NCBI GenBank assembly: GCA_050916045.1
Contig: CP051526.1
Span: 1,024,001-1,088,000 of the forward strand
Length of the DNA: 64,000 nucleotides
Source of the DNA: Tepidisphaera sp.
Lineage (GTDB): Bacteria > Planctomycetota > Phycisphaerae > Phycisphaerales > UBA1924
Direction of reading: 5' to 3'
Below the pieces are notes generated by a model that had not been told where the DNA came from, ran no database searches, and was given only the letters and a program-made list of their open reading frames with translations. The translations under genes were made by a program, and so were the position numbers. This document shows, piece after piece, positions 39,961 to 50,398 of the stretch. The number at the start of each line of letters is the position of its first letter. The first letter of the stretch is position 1.

Positions 39961-41502
39961 ATGATTCGCGACGTCCTTCGTGACCTCGGGCTGGCCAACG
40001 ATCCCCGTCTCATTCTCGATGCGAAGGGGCCCGCGGGCGTATCGCCCGATGGCTCGTTCGTGGTCTCCGAGAACCCCGCGACGGGACAGCCGCTCGCCGG
40101 CGTCCGCCTCGACGACGCCCACGCGTGCGACCGCATCGTCGCCGAGAGCGTCGATGCGTTCAAAGCCTGGCGCGAGGTGCCGGCTCCGGTCCGCGGACAG
40201 GTCGTCCGCGTCATCGCCGATGAGTTCCGCCGGCTCAAGGAACCCCTGGGCAAGCTCGTCAGCCTTGAGGTGGGCAAGATCCTGCAGGAAGGCCTCGGCG
40301 AGGTTCAGGAAACCATCGACATCGCCGACTTTGCCGTCGGCCTGTCGCGCCAGCTTCCGGGGAGCATGTTCCCGAGCGAGCGGCCGCAGCACAAGATGTA
40401 CGAGCAGTGGCTCCCGCTTGGTCCCATCGGCGTGATCACCGCGTTCAACTTCCCCAACGCGGTGTGGGGTTGGAACGCGATGCTGGGGGCGATCTGCGGT
40501 GATTCGACGATCTGGAAGCCGAGCCTGATGGCTCCGCTCACGGCGGTTGCGACCAACGCGATCGCGGAGCGCATCGCGACGAGCATGGGGCATCCCGGCA
40601 TCTTCAAGCTTGTGATCGGCACCGACGATCAGGTCGGCGAGCGTCTCGTACGCGACCGCCGCATCCCGCTCATCAGCGCGACGGGTTCGTGCCGGATGGG
40701 CCGCGCGGTGGGCGCGGTGGTCGCGGAACGGCTCGGCCGCTGCCTGCTTGAGCTCGGCGGCAACAACGCGATCATCGTGGACCCGACGGCGGACCTCGAG
40801 GTCGCGATCCCGTCGATCGTGTTCGGCGCGGTCGGAACCGCCGGCCAGCGCTGCACGACGACACGGCGGCTGATCCTCCACAAGTCGATCGCCGAGAAGG
40901 TTGTGGAACGCTTGGTGCGAGCGTACAAGACGATCACGCTGGGCGACCCCCTTTCGCCATCGACACTGGTGGGCCCGCTGATCAACCAGCGTTCGGTGGA
41001 CGGGTTCCACCACGCGGTGCGGCTGGCGCAGCAGCAGGGCGGCAAGGTGCTCGCGGGCGGCAACGCGCTCGACCGCGGTCCGGCCGGCGGGTACTTCGTG
41101 CAGCCGACGATCATCCAAGCACCGCCCGATAACCGACTTCCGATTTCCGACGAGGAGACGTTCGCCCCCATTCTCTACGTCTTCACGTACGAGACGCTCG
41201 ATGAAGCGATCGCGATGAACAACGGCGTCCAGCAGGGGCTGAGCTCGGCGATCTTCACCGATAGCGTCCGTGCGGCCGAGCGGTTCCTGTCACCCTCGGG
41301 GTCGGGGTCGGATTGCGGCATCGCGAACGTCAATCTGGGGACCAGCGGCGCCGAGATCGGCGGGGCCTTCGGCGGGGAGAAGGAGACCGGCGGCGGGCGT
41401 GAGTCCGGGTCGGACTGCTGGAAGATCTACATGCGGCGTCAGACGACGACGATCAACGCTGGGGCGTCCGTGCGGCTGGCGCAAGGGATACAGTTTGGCT
41501 GA
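39961..41502 (+). CDS. Aldehyde dehydrogenase (ALDH7/antiquitin, piperideine-6-carboxylate dehydrogenase-like)
   Basis: ITAFNFP, LELGGNN, GTAGQRCT and GAEIGGAFGGEKETGGGRESGSD. Confidence 0.92.
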   Translation: MIRDVLRDLGLANDPRLILDAKGPAGVSPDGSFVVSENPATGQPLAGVRLDDAHACDRIVAESVDAFKAWREVPAPVRGQVVRVIADEFRRLKEPLGKLVSLEVGKILQEGLGEVQETIDIADFAVGLSRQLPGSMFPSERPQHKMYEQWLPLGPIGVITAFNFPNAVWGWNAMLGAICGDSTIWKPSLMAPLTAVATNAIAERIATSMGHPGIFKLVIGTDDQVGERLVRDRRIPLISATGSCRMGRAVGAVVAERLGRCLLELGGNNAIIVDPTADLEVAIPSIVFGAVGTAGQRCTTTRRLILHKSIAEKVVERLVRAYKTITLGDPLSPSTLVGPLINQRSVDGFHHAVRLAQQQGGKVLAGGNALDRGPAGGYFVQPTIIQAPPDNRLPISDEETFAPILYVFTYETLDEAIAMNNGVQQGLSSAIFTDSVRAAERFLSPSGSGSDCGIANVNLGTSGAEIGGAFGGEKETGGGRESGSDCWKIYMRRQTTTINAGASVRLAQGIQFG

Positions 41503-41624
41503 GGAGAAACGGGGAGGCGCTCGCCGCGGGCCGCGTCCGAACCCCTGTTAGCACCATGAAGAGCAACGGTTTTCATTCGTTTCCGCCGCTCGAACCGGGC
41601 GATCGTCTGAGAAGGAACTTCGAC

Positions 41625-42329
41625 GTGACCGACGAAACTCCACGTGACCTGTTGGGCGAAGCCGCCGTCGCCGAGATTCAATCGGGCATGATCGTCGGGC
41701 TTGGCACCGGCCGGGCCGCTTCTCGCGGCATCCTGGCCCTCGCCCGCCGCGTCCGCGAGGAGGGTCTGAACGTTCACTGCGTGCCGACCAGCCATGTCTC
41801 CGAGACGCTCGCCCGGGCTCACCTGCTCAACATCCTCGACTTCGCGATGGTCGAGCGCGTCGATTATCTCTTCGACGGGGCTGACGAGGTCGACCCGCGC
41901 CTCCGCATGATCAAGGGCAAGGGCGGCGCGCTCGTTCGCGAGCGCATCGTCGCCCACGCTTCGACCCGCAACGTGTTCATGGTCGGCGAGGACAAGCTCG
42001 TGGACCATCTGGGTGCCCGCTCGCCGCTCCCGGTCGCGGTCGTCGCGTACGGGCTGGCTTCGGTCCGCCAGCGGATCTCGAACCTTGGCGTCAACGGCGT
42101 GGTTCGCCGCAATTTCGACGGCCAGCTCTTCCTCTCCGACAACGGCAGCCTCATCCTCGACTGCACGCTCCCCGAGAACGTCGACGTCGAGGAGATGGCC
42201 CGCGAGCTTGATTCGATCCCGGGCGTCATCGACCACGGCCTGTTCCTTGACGAAGCCGACGAGGTGCTCGTCGAGACCGCTGAAGGGATCACCCGGATGG
42301 TGCCCGCGGCCGTCCAGTCCAACGGCTGA
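41625..42329 (+). CDS. rpiA: Ribose-5-phosphate isomerase A
   Basis: GLGTG, DGADEVD, IKGKGGAL.RE and SDNG; start GTG 41625 (alternative ATG 41556). Confidence 0.9.
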   Translation: MTDETPRDLLGEAAVAEIQSGMIVGLGTGRAASRGILALARRVREEGLNVHCVPTSHVSETLARAHLLNILDFAMVERVDYLFDGADEVDPRLRMIKGKGGALVRERIVAHASTRNVFMVGEDKLVDHLGARSPLPVAVVAYGLASVRQRISNLGVNGVVRRNFDGQLFLSDNGSLILDCTLPENVDVEEMARELDSIPGVIDHGLFLDEADEVLVETAEGITRMVPAAVQSNG

Positions 42330-42379
42330 TCCGCGGATCGATCCGGCCGGCAGTCCTCAGCATTCCAGGAAAAACACAA

Positions 42380-42407
42380 CGAGCCCGGGACGATCGTCCC
42401 GGGCTCG
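42380..42407. terminator. Perfect palindrome, probable bidirectional terminator
   Basis: CGAGCCCGGGACGATCGTCCCGGGCTCG between convergent genes. Confidence 0.7.
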
Positions 42408-42428
42408 CTGGTCAATGGGGGTCGGATT

Positions 42429-44114
42429 TCAGGCGCCGCAAGGGTTGGTCTCAAAGCGTTCCACGAAGTTGTCAAAGTCGAAGAAGTCGACGAACCCGTC
42501 GTTGTTCATGTCGCCGTTCTCGTTGGGCGGGCAACCCGCGCCCTCGAAGCAACTGACGTACGCGTCGTAGTCGAAGAAGTCGACGAACCCGTCCGCGTTG
42601 AAGTCGGCTTTGCAGACCACCGTCACCGTGGCGGTCGTGGACTGCCGGGTTGCGCAGGGGGTGAACGCTTCGGCGACGTAGACGCCCGCGTGGTTCGGAG
42701 TCGCGGACGCGATGGTGAAGGTCCCGTTGGTGCCGCCCGAGATGGCGACGCCGTTGCGGGTCCAGCGGAACTGGGGGACGCCGGGGCCGGTCGCGGCCGC
42801 GGTCAGCGTGAAGGGTCGGCCGCGGCGGACGGCGACGCTCTGCGGCTGCCGCAGGATCATCAGCGAGCCGGTCATCCCGCACGACGAGGGCACGGTGTCC
42901 AGGTACTGGTGGATCCGCTCGATGACCCGCGGGCCAAACCCGAGCGTGATGTTCCGCATGCCGCCCTCGCACCCGTGGCAGTACGACATGATCGTCCCTT
43001 GCGATGCCTGCGAGCAGTCGCCGTTGCCGCACCCGTCGATCACCGGGTCGTACGAGTCGTGCGTGTGCCCCGAGCCGAAATTGTGCCCGAGCTCGTGCGC
43101 CGTCACGAAAATCGGCCAGTTTCCGTCGTTGCGGTCCCGGAGCGGGTACGGGAACCCGCCGCCCACGCCCGACGACAGCCCAAAACCCCAGTCGTAGTTG
43201 CAGACCACGCTCAGCCACGCCACGCCTCCACCCAAGCCGCGGAACGTCAGGAAGTGCGACAGCGACCGCCGCACGCCCCGCATCTGCGATGCCCAGTGAT
43301 CGCGGAACTGCCCGAGCTGGGCTCCCATCTCCGTCTGGTCCCACGGATCCTCCGGGGTGGTCCAAAGCCGCATGTACGGGATCTGCAGATTGACGTTGAG
43401 ATCGCGCTGATAGATCACCGACACCGCCGCGACAAGCCGCGTCAGATAGTCCGCCGCCGCCGCCGGGTTGCCGTTGATACCCGTCGTCGTCTCATAGTCC
43501 GTGTCGATCGCGAGGGTGACGATCCGGCACGGCGCCCCGCGGTCCCCGCCGAAACCGCCCGCTTCGCCGAGCACGGGCGTGCCCGGAGCCGTCAGCGCGT
43601 TGCAGCCGCCGCCCGACACCTTCACCAGATCCTCGGGGATTGTCCGCAGGTCGTAGATGACCGTCGGGAGGGTTTCGGTCGCCGGGCCGCTGGTGATGAT
43701 CCACGTCCGGTCGTCGGTGAGGATGTACCCGTCGATGCGCTCGTCCGAGACGGCGAGGTAGACGCGGGCCGCTGGGTCTTCGCTGAGGCTCCCGGTCCAG
43801 AAGGTGCTCTGCACCGGGCCGAGCTCCGCTTCACCCTCCGAGGTCATTACGACGATTCTGCCGTCGCCGGTGAAGGGCTCGAAGCGTTTGAGCTCAAGCG
43901 TCACGCGCGAGCCATCCGCGAGGGGGAAGGCATCCACTCGAACATGGCGAGCCTCCGCGAGATTGACCGCCAGGCCGCCATCCACAGCGAGGGTCTGAAC
44001 CCCGCGGTCCGCCCGGCCCGCGGCACGGAACGCTTCCCCGTGCCAATCCTGACCCAAAGCCGCGCCCGAAACCAGCAGCGACGCGAGCACGCAACCACGC
44101 CATGCGAAACCCAT
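42429..44114 (-). CDS. Secreted M12/reprolysin-like zinc metalloprotease with Ig domain and GC-type dockerin-like C-terminus
   Basis: HELGHNFGSGH, Met-turn IMSY, Ig segment and CKADFNADGFVDFFD. Confidence 0.88.
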   Translation of the reverse strand: MGFAWRGCVLASLLVSGAALGQDWHGEAFRAAGRADRGVQTLAVDGGLAVNLAEARHVRVDAFPLADGSRVTLELKRFEPFTGDGRIVVMTSEGEAELGPVQSTFWTGSLSEDPAARVYLAVSDERIDGYILTDDRTWIITSGPATETLPTVIYDLRTIPEDLVKVSGGGCNALTAPGTPVLGEAGGFGGDRGAPCRIVTLAIDTDYETTTGINGNPAAAADYLTRLVAAVSVIYQRDLNVNLQIPYMRLWTTPEDPWDQTEMGAQLGQFRDHWASQMRGVRRSLSHFLTFRGLGGGVAWLSVVCNYDWGFGLSSGVGGGFPYPLRDRNDGNWPIFVTAHELGHNFGSGHTHDSYDPVIDGCGNGDCSQASQGTIMSYCHGCEGGMRNITLGFGPRVIERIHQYLDTVPSSCGMTGSLMILRQPQSVAVRRGRPFTLTAAATGPGVPQFRWTRNGVAISGGTNGTFTIASATPNHAGVYVAEAFTPCATRQSTTATVTVVCKADFNADGFVDFFDYDAYVSCFEGAGCPPNENGDMNNDGFVDFFDFDNFVERFETNPCGA

Positions 44115-44243
44115 AACCAGACTCCTTCTCAAGAACTGTCTGGAGTTTCGGTCCATCGGCAGCGTGGATCCGAAAACCTCCGAGTTTTTGCGGATCAGGC
44201 CCGTTCTCGGCCTGAACGTTGTTTCAGAAAGTGGGTTCCCACA

Positions 44244-44933
44244 TCAAAACGGGGCCGCCGACTGGACCACGACCCGCTCGCCCGTGTCCGGGTCGTCGAA
44301 CTCAAGCGCCGAAGCGTGGAGCATCAGACGGGCCGCTTCGGGGCCGCCGTACAGCGGATCCCCGACGATCGGTGCGGCCAGACCGCCGGGCGCGGGCGAA
44401 GCGGCGTGGACGCGAAGCTGGTGCGACCGTCCGGTGACCGGCGTGAAGACGACCCGTGTCAGCGTGCGGCCATCCAGGTCCTCCAGGCCGACTGCTTGCC
44501 AGATGGTTCGTGCGGACCGGCCATGGACGAAGTCGACGATCTGGGTGGGTCGGTTGTCGTAGTCGGGCCGAATCGGGAGCGTCACTTCGCCCTCGGTCGC
44601 GCCCGCTTGCCGAGCAAGATCACCCGCGAGCAGAGCGGTGTATCGCTTGCTCACTGTGCGGGATTCGAACTGCCAGGACAGCCGCCGGTGTGCTTCGGGG
44701 TCCAGTGCGAAGACCATGATCCCGGAGGTGGGCATGTCGAGGCGGTGGACCGAGAGCGGGCCGGTCGCCTCCGGGAACGCGGCGCGAACCGCGTTGACCA
44801 TGCAGACCTCGCCCGTCTCGCCCAATCCCGGCACGGAACGAACACCGGGCGGTTTGTCGATCACGACAAACCGCCCGGTCTCGATCAGAATCCGCAGCGG
44901 GGGCTGCGGCGGTGTGCTCTGGAGTCCGGTCAC
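44244..44933 (-). CDS. RluA family pseudouridine synthase
   Basis: VIDKP, HRLDMPTSG, GRSHQLRVH, IVGDPLYG and LHA. Confidence 0.92.
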   Translation of the reverse strand: MTGLQSTPPQPPLRILIETGRFVVIDKPPGVRSVPGLGETGEVCMVNAVRAAFPEATGPLSVHRLDMPTSGIMVFALDPEAHRRLSWQFESRTVSKRYTALLAGDLARQAGATEGEVTLPIRPDYDNRPTQIVDFVHGRSARTIWQAVGLEDLDGRTLTRVVFTPVTGRSHQLRVHAASPAPGGLAAPIVGDPLYGGPEAARLMLHASALEFDDPDTGERVVVQSAAPF

Positions 44934-46927
44934 GGGACAATCATGGGCGCGAACTGGCGGAGGGGCGAGGCCCGGAGATCATCGGCCAGGACGAGCGCAC
45001 GGGCCGGGCCCATGGGCTGCTGCCACCACGGCTGGAACATCGCGAGGAACCGCGCGGCCGGGCCGGCATGCGGAACGGCGAGCGGGAGGGCGTTGTTGGG
45101 GAGCTCGAGCAGGCCGAAGGGGCCCACCATGCCGCCGGCGTTCTGGGCCGCCGCGACGCCGCCGCCCACGCCGGCGATCAGCGGAGCAAACTGAACAACC
45201 GTCCCGATGGTGCCGCCGGCCGCGACCACAAGCGACTTGTCGGCTTTGCTCTCCATCACGAGGGTCTCACCGTCCCAATAGCTCATGCTGACGGACGCTT
45301 TGGCGTTCTTAAGGAGGTCGTGGGGCGGGGGGACGACCAAGCCGGGCTCGCGGGCGTAATCGGTGGTCGAGCGCACGCCGTTGGCGATGCCGGTGCCGAG
45401 CATGGCGAGGAGCGTGTAGCCCTCGCGGACCATGCGCGGGGTGTCGGAGTAGCTGAGGCTGAGCAGGCTTCCCTGCCTGGCTTTGGCGACCTCGGCGACG
45501 CGGGGGTTGGTGAGGATGCCGCCGTCGCCCTTGCCTTCGGCCTGGCGCACGGCGGCGGTGACCGCCTGGGGCGTGAGGCCGAGGATGAGGTAGCGGCTGG
45601 TGGCGGCGTAGCAGAGCTCAATCGGCATGGGCAAGCCGCGCATGCGGAGCGCGTTCATGTCGGTGGTGCCGTCCTTCCAGGTGTCGAGCTTGAGGTACGG
45701 GCCCGGCATCTCGGTGAGGTTCTCATCGATGAGCTGGCGGGCTTTGCCGACGAGCTTGGCGTGGGCTTTCATGAAGCGTTCGCGGTCGCGGAGCCCGATG
45801 AGGACGACGGCCGAGCCGAGCCCGCCGCCGCCGGTGGAGTCGGACATGTACATCGCGAAGGACCCGCCGACGCAGTCGATGATGTCGGTGCGGATATCGA
45901 CCCCGGTCTGTTCCTTGAACTGGTCGAGGACGCTCTGGACTTCGGGAGAGGCTTTGGAAGCCTGATCGAGCGCGTCGCGGAAATAGCCGAGATCTCCCGC
46001 GCCGATGCTCGCCATGGAGGCGTCGGCGGGGATGGCGCGGAAGTCGGCTTCGGTGAGGGGCTCGCCGGCCATGTGGAGCGCGGCTTTGAACTTCCCGGCG
46101 CGTTCGACGCGGGTGGTCGTGATCATCTCGTCGGCGGTGACGCCGACTTCGAGGTTGGCTTTCATCGCGTCGTTGCCGAGCAGGCCGTTCTTGCGGAGCT
46201 GGACGGCGATCTCGCGGATCTCCGGCTGTTCCTTGGGAGCGACGGTGAGGATCATCTTCTCGGCGGGCGTGAGCGCGGTGAGGTCAAAGCTCGCGACCAT
46301 CAGCGGCTTGACGTTCTTGTTGATCACCGCGGGAGACGCGAGGACCTTGTCGAGATCGCCGACGGTGCCGTAGACAACCTCGTTGCGCCAAGCGTTGCCG
46401 GACTTGCGGACGCCGTAGGCGAGATTGCCCGGTGGGCCGACCTGGATCTCGGTGAAGCCCTCAAGCCGCTTGCTCTCGGAGGTGGGGGCTTCGGCGCTCT
46501 TGAGCAGGCTCTTGATGCGTTCGTGGTTGCGTTTGGCTTCGGCTTCGTCGGCGGCTTCGATGCTGATGACGATGCCGTAGTTGAAGAGGCCGCCGGTGGG
46601 TTCGCCCGGGGTGTAGGCGATGCCCATCTTCATAGGGCGCGAGATCATGCGGGGGAGCATGTCCATCAGCGTGACGACCTCGGGGGGCAGGCCGGGGATC
46701 TCCTCGCGCAGTTCGTTGAGGCGGGCGGGGAGCATTTCGATGGCGCGCTTGAGGGCCGCGTCGCGGGGGTCGCTGACGAGGTTGGGCATGCCCCAGTGCT
46801 CAAAGACCATGAACTGACGCGGCGCTTCGTCCTGCGCGATCGCGTGGCCCGCGGACAGAAGCAGAGCGGCGGTGAAAGCAACGGGGCGGAGGATTCGGCG
46901 GGCCGAAAGGGCTGGCAGCAGGCGCAT
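44930..46927 (-). CDS. Large secreted hypothetical protein (DUF3352-like, tentative)
   Basis: Signal peptide ending AIA-Q; GTGA overlap with the RluA gene. Confidence 0.65.
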   Translation of the reverse strand: MRLLPALSARRILRPVAFTAALLLSAGHAIAQDEAPRQFMVFEHWGMPNLVSDPRDAALKRAIEMLPARLNELREEIPGLPPEVVTLMDMLPRMISRPMKMGIAYTPGEPTGGLFNYGIVISIEAADEAEAKRNHERIKSLLKSAEAPTSESKRLEGFTEIQVGPPGNLAYGVRKSGNAWRNEVVYGTVGDLDKVLASPAVINKNVKPLMVASFDLTALTPAEKMILTVAPKEQPEIREIAVQLRKNGLLGNDAMKANLEVGVTADEMITTTRVERAGKFKAALHMAGEPLTEADFRAIPADASMASIGAGDLGYFRDALDQASKASPEVQSVLDQFKEQTGVDIRTDIIDCVGGSFAMYMSDSTGGGGLGSAVVLIGLRDRERFMKAHAKLVGKARQLIDENLTEMPGPYLKLDTWKDGTTDMNALRMRGLPMPIELCYAATSRYLILGLTPQAVTAAVRQAEGKGDGGILTNPRVAEVAKARQGSLLSLSYSDTPRMVREGYTLLAMLGTGIANGVRSTTDYAREPGLVVPPPHDLLKNAKASVSMSYWDGETLVMESKADKSLVVAAGGTIGTVVQFAPLIAGVGGGVAAAQNAGGMVGPFGLLELPNNALPLAVPHAGPAARFLAMFQPWWQQPMGPARALVLADDLRASPLRQFAPMIVP

Positions 46928-47092
46928 GGGGGGCTCCACGAGGGTGATTTCGAAAGCCCGCGAAAGCGGGCCGCGGGCGGTACAGAACGGACCAAACAGT
47001 TTTATGGCATTTCGGGGGCCGGAGTTTCGGGATCGGGCCGATTTCTTTGGGGCTTGAGCCCTTGTACGCGGGGCCGGCGGTATCCTTGGGTC

Positions 47093-48157
47093 TTGCCCGA
47101 TGAGGTTGCCATTTCCGAACGGACGATCGAGCCGCGAAAGGTGCTGCTTATCAGGCCGAGCGCGCTGGGCGACGTGTGCCGCACGGTTCCGTGCCTGGTG
47201 AGCTTGCGGAGGGCGTTTCCGGGCGCGACGATCGACTGGCTTGTGAACGAAGCGTTCGTGCCGGCGGTTTCCAGCCACCCGGCGCTGACCGGAACGGTCC
47301 CGTTTGACCGGGGGTCGTTCGGGAAGGGGATCCGCAAACTCCGGCTTTCGGGGCCCCGGTCGTTTCTCGACGCTTTGAAGCATCGGGGCTATGACCTCGT
47401 GGTGGACCTTCAGGGCTTGGCGAGATCCGGGCTGTTCTCCTGGGCGACCCGGGCTTCACGGCGCGTGGGTTTCGCGAATGCTCGCGAGTTCGGCTGGCTC
47501 GGCTACACGGAGCGGCATCACGTCGACACGTCGATGCACACGGTGGACCGGATGCTCCGGCTGTTGGAACTCGCGGGCGTTCGGCCGGTGCTGGACATGC
47601 GGCTTTACTCGAGTGAGCTAGGCCGGGCGGAGGTTCCCGCGGCGCTTGCGGGCAAGCGTTACGCGGTGGTGGCGCCGACGAGCCGGTGGGAGGGCAAACG
47701 ATGGCCCGCGGAGCGTTTCGCGGCCGCGATTCCGGCGATGCTCGAGATGGGTTTAGATGCGGTGGCGGTGGTGGGGTCAAGGAGCGAGCGCGAGCAGTGC
47801 GGCCCGCTTCTCTCGCTGGCGGCGCAGGACGGTCGTGTGTTGGACTTGCTTGGCGCGACGAGCGTGGCGGGGTTGATGGCGGTGGTGGAGGGAGCGGCGA
47901 TGGTGCTTGCGAACGACTCGGCGGCGCTGCACATGGCCGTCGGGTTCGACCGCCCTCTCGTGGCGCTCTTCGGCCCCACGCGCGTGGAGCTTGTCGGGCC
48001 GTTCCGGCGCGAAGCCGACGTCATCCAGCACCTCCGGCAGGGCGATGTGTTCGAGCACAAGAACACGCTTGCCGGCCGGGCGATGATGGAGAGGATCAGC
48101 GTTGAGGAAGTGGTGCAGGCGGTGGGCCGCCGCGTAGCAAATCCGGCCTCCGCGTGA
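47093..48157 (+). CDS. Glycosyltransferase family 9 (LPS heptosyltransferase-like)
   Basis: IRPSALGDV, YDLVVDLQG, KRWP and NDSAALHMA..FGPT; TTG start 6 nt after TATCCT. Confidence 0.9.
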   Translation: MPDEVAISERTIEPRKVLLIRPSALGDVCRTVPCLVSLRRAFPGATIDWLVNEAFVPAVSSHPALTGTVPFDRGSFGKGIRKLRLSGPRSFLDALKHRGYDLVVDLQGLARSGLFSWATRASRRVGFANAREFGWLGYTERHHVDTSMHTVDRMLRLLELAGVRPVLDMRLYSSELGRAEVPAALAGKRYAVVAPTSRWEGKRWPAERFAAAIPAMLEMGLDAVAVVGSRSEREQCGPLLSLAAQDGRVLDLLGATSVAGLMAVVEGAAMVLANDSAALHMAVGFDRPLVALFGPTRVELVGPFRREADVIQHLRQGDVFEHKNTLAGRAMMERISVEEVVQAVGRRVANPASA

Positions 48158-48248
48158 CGGGCTGGCGGGTCTCAACAGGGGCATCTTGACAAAGTCTTCG
48201 CGCAATCCGAATCCGTGACGAACTGGTTCTTCACTATGTTCGCTCCGC

Positions 48249-49250
48249 ATGATGCACCACGGCAACCGGCGTCTGGGATTCACGCTCGTTGAGCTTCTGG
48301 TCGTGATCGCGATCATCGCGCTCCTGATCGGGCTTCTCGTGCCGTCCTTGGCCAAGGCGAGGGATGCCGCCAAGCAGACGCTTTGCATGTCGAACCTCGG
48401 GCAGATCGTGAAAGCCGCGACGACGTACTCGGTGGACAGCAAGGGGTTCTTCTGCTCGGGTCCGTTCGACAATCAGGTTGAAGAGGGGTATGGGGCGGTT
48501 GAAACGACGGGCTGGGTCGCGGACATGATCCGCGGCGGGTACGGTTCGCCGGGCAAGCTTCTCTGCCCCGGCAGCCCTGCGCGGTACAGCGAAACCCTCA
48601 ACCGCAACCGCATCAACGGTTCGAGCACGTACCGGCGGGAGGGGAACGCTCCGTACTCCAACGCGGACATCGAAGACCTCATCACCCGCGGGTACAACAC
48701 GAACTACTGCCAGAGCTGGCAGATGGCCCACACCGACACCAAGCGCGCCGACCGGGCGAGCGTGCCCAATCCGAAGGATGTGCGGTACCTTCGCGGCCCG
48801 TTGAACGAGCGGTTCCTCGGCATGGCGGGCTCGCCGTCGCTGGTCGCTCTGATGGCGGATGCCGCGATTCAGAACGAGGACGAGAACGATCTGGTCTTCG
48901 TGAACGGGTCGTGGGAGTGGGGCGCGAAGACGCTGACGGATGGTCCTGGCTTCGTCCGCGGGCCGGGCGGCACGGTGGTGGGGCGTCAGGACTTCAGCGA
49001 CTGGGGCCCGGTGCACGGCAAGGGAAGCAAGATTCTCGCGGGCGACAGCCAGACATCGCACGACCGCATGAACGGCAATATCGGGTTCGCCGACGCCCAT
49101 GTCGCGGTCTTTTCTGATCTGGGCATGCGCGACGGGATTTGGGGAGCGTCCGAGGTGGCCGACCGCGGTGGGTATCGCACCCCGGTGTACGACGAGATCG
49201 AGGGAAAGGTCTACGGCGGCTGGCTGAGCCGTCCCGGGATCAACTGGTAA
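48249..49250 (+). CDS. Prepilin-type N-terminal cleavage/methylation protein (DUF1559/H-X9-DG-like)
   Basis: [32 protein letters not shown] and H....NIGFADAH. Confidence 0.9.
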   Translation: MMHHGNRRLGFTLVELLVVIAIIALLIGLLVPSLAKARDAAKQTLCMSNLGQIVKAATTYSVDSKGFFCSGPFDNQVEEGYGAVETTGWVADMIRGGYGSPGKLLCPGSPARYSETLNRNRINGSSTYRREGNAPYSNADIEDLITRGYNTNYCQSWQMAHTDTKRADRASVPNPKDVRYLRGPLNERFLGMAGSPSLVALMADAAIQNEDENDLVFVNGSWEWGAKTLTDGPGFVRGPGGTVVGRQDFSDWGPVHGKGSKILAGDSQTSHDRMNGNIGFADAHVAVFSDLGMRDGIWGASEVADRGGYRTPVYDEIEGKVYGGWLSRPGINW

Positions 49251-49331
49251 GAGAAGAGAGCGTGCGTGGAGCAAGCGGCGGTGTCGCCGCGAGTTCGCAC
49301 GCCGAATGGTGGAAAGAAAGGGAGAAGTTTC

Positions 49332-50285
49332 ATGAAGTGGAGCACCGGCATTGTGGCGGGCGGGATCGGGCTTGCGCTGGCGGCGGGAACCGCTGTCGCG
49401 CAGCCTCTGGTTGTGATCAACGAGATCTTCATCAATTCGCCCGGCACCGACCAGGGACGCGAGTTTCTTGAGCTCAAGAGCTCGGCACCCTCGCAGAGCC
49501 TCTCGGGCTTGTGGTTCCTCGTCATCGAGGGCGACGGCGAAGCGACCGGCACGGTGGGCACGGTCGACGTGGCGATCCCGCTCGACGGGTACTCGACCGG
49601 CGCGAACGGCCTGTTCCTGATCCGTGACGCGGCGACGCAGTTTGACCCGGCCCCTGAAGCCGAAACCACCGTCCTCGTTCGCGACTTTGTCCCGGATCTC
49701 GAGAACGGCGGGAGCACCTTCATCATCGTTCGCGGGTTCACGGGCGCCATTGGCGACGACCTCGACCTCGACAACAACGGCGTGATGGAGTCCTTCCCCT
49801 GGTCAGCCGTGCTCGACGTGATCGGGTACGACGAGGGTGAACAGCTGGACACGGACGTCAACTACGCCGAGCAGCTCGGCGGTCTCGACGTTTCGGCCGG
49901 CGATCCGGACCCCAACATCGCGTTCACGGCGGACGCGATCGTTCGGGTCTGCGACAACATCTACGCCCTGGACGTCTTTGGCTCGTTCCCCGGCCCGTTC
50001 TTCGCGGATGAGCTTCAGACCCGCGGGTTCCCGGTCAACGATCCGCTGCCCTTCGACTTTGAGCTCACGCCCGGCCGCGCCAACCCCGGCGAGTGCGGAC
50101 CGCCCCCGTGCCCCGCCGACTTCAACGGCGACGGGTTCCTGGACTTCTTCGACTACGACGATTACGTCGGGTGCTTCGAGACGGGCTCGTGCCCGGCCGG
50201 CCGCACGGCGGACTTCAACGGCGATGACTTCGTGGACTTCTTCGACTACGACGACTTCGTGAGCGCGTTCGAGTCGGGCTGCTGA
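49332..50285 (+). CDS. Secreted lamin-tail-like domain protein with GC-type dockerin-like C-terminus
   Basis: Signal peptide, VVINEI...EFLEL...TPGRAN and CPADFNGDGFLDFFD...FESGC. Confidence 0.8.
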   Translation: MKWSTGIVAGGIGLALAAGTAVAQPLVVINEIFINSPGTDQGREFLELKSSAPSQSLSGLWFLVIEGDGEATGTVGTVDVAIPLDGYSTGANGLFLIRDAATQFDPAPEAETTVLVRDFVPDLENGGSTFIIVRGFTGAIGDDLDLDNNGVMESFPWSAVLDVIGYDEGEQLDTDVNYAEQLGGLDVSAGDPDPNIAFTADAIVRVCDNIYALDVFGSFPGPFFADELQTRGFPVNDPLPFDFELTPGRANPGECGPPPCPADFNGDGFLDFFDYDDYVGCFETGSCPAGRTADFNGDDFVDFFDYDDFVSAFESGC

Positions 50286-50304
50286 TCATCACAGGCGACA
50301 AAGA

Positions 50305-50346
50305 AACGAGCCCCGCGTCGGAAGACGCGGGGCTCGGTTGTTTTTC
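50305..50346. terminator. Intrinsic terminator
   Basis: CGAGCCCCGCGTC-ggaa-GACGCGGGGCTCG followed by a T-run. Confidence 0.8.
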
Positions 50347-50398
50347 GGACGGCTTCGGTCGCGGGCCGAAGGCCGCTTGCTCTTGGCCGCGTGTGCCG

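Noticed and set aside
44912..47092. 1081-aa plus-strand ORF as a giant glycosyltransferase fusion
   Set aside because: The N-terminal part is the antisense shadow of the 44930-46927 gene; the GT9 domain starts at about 47093
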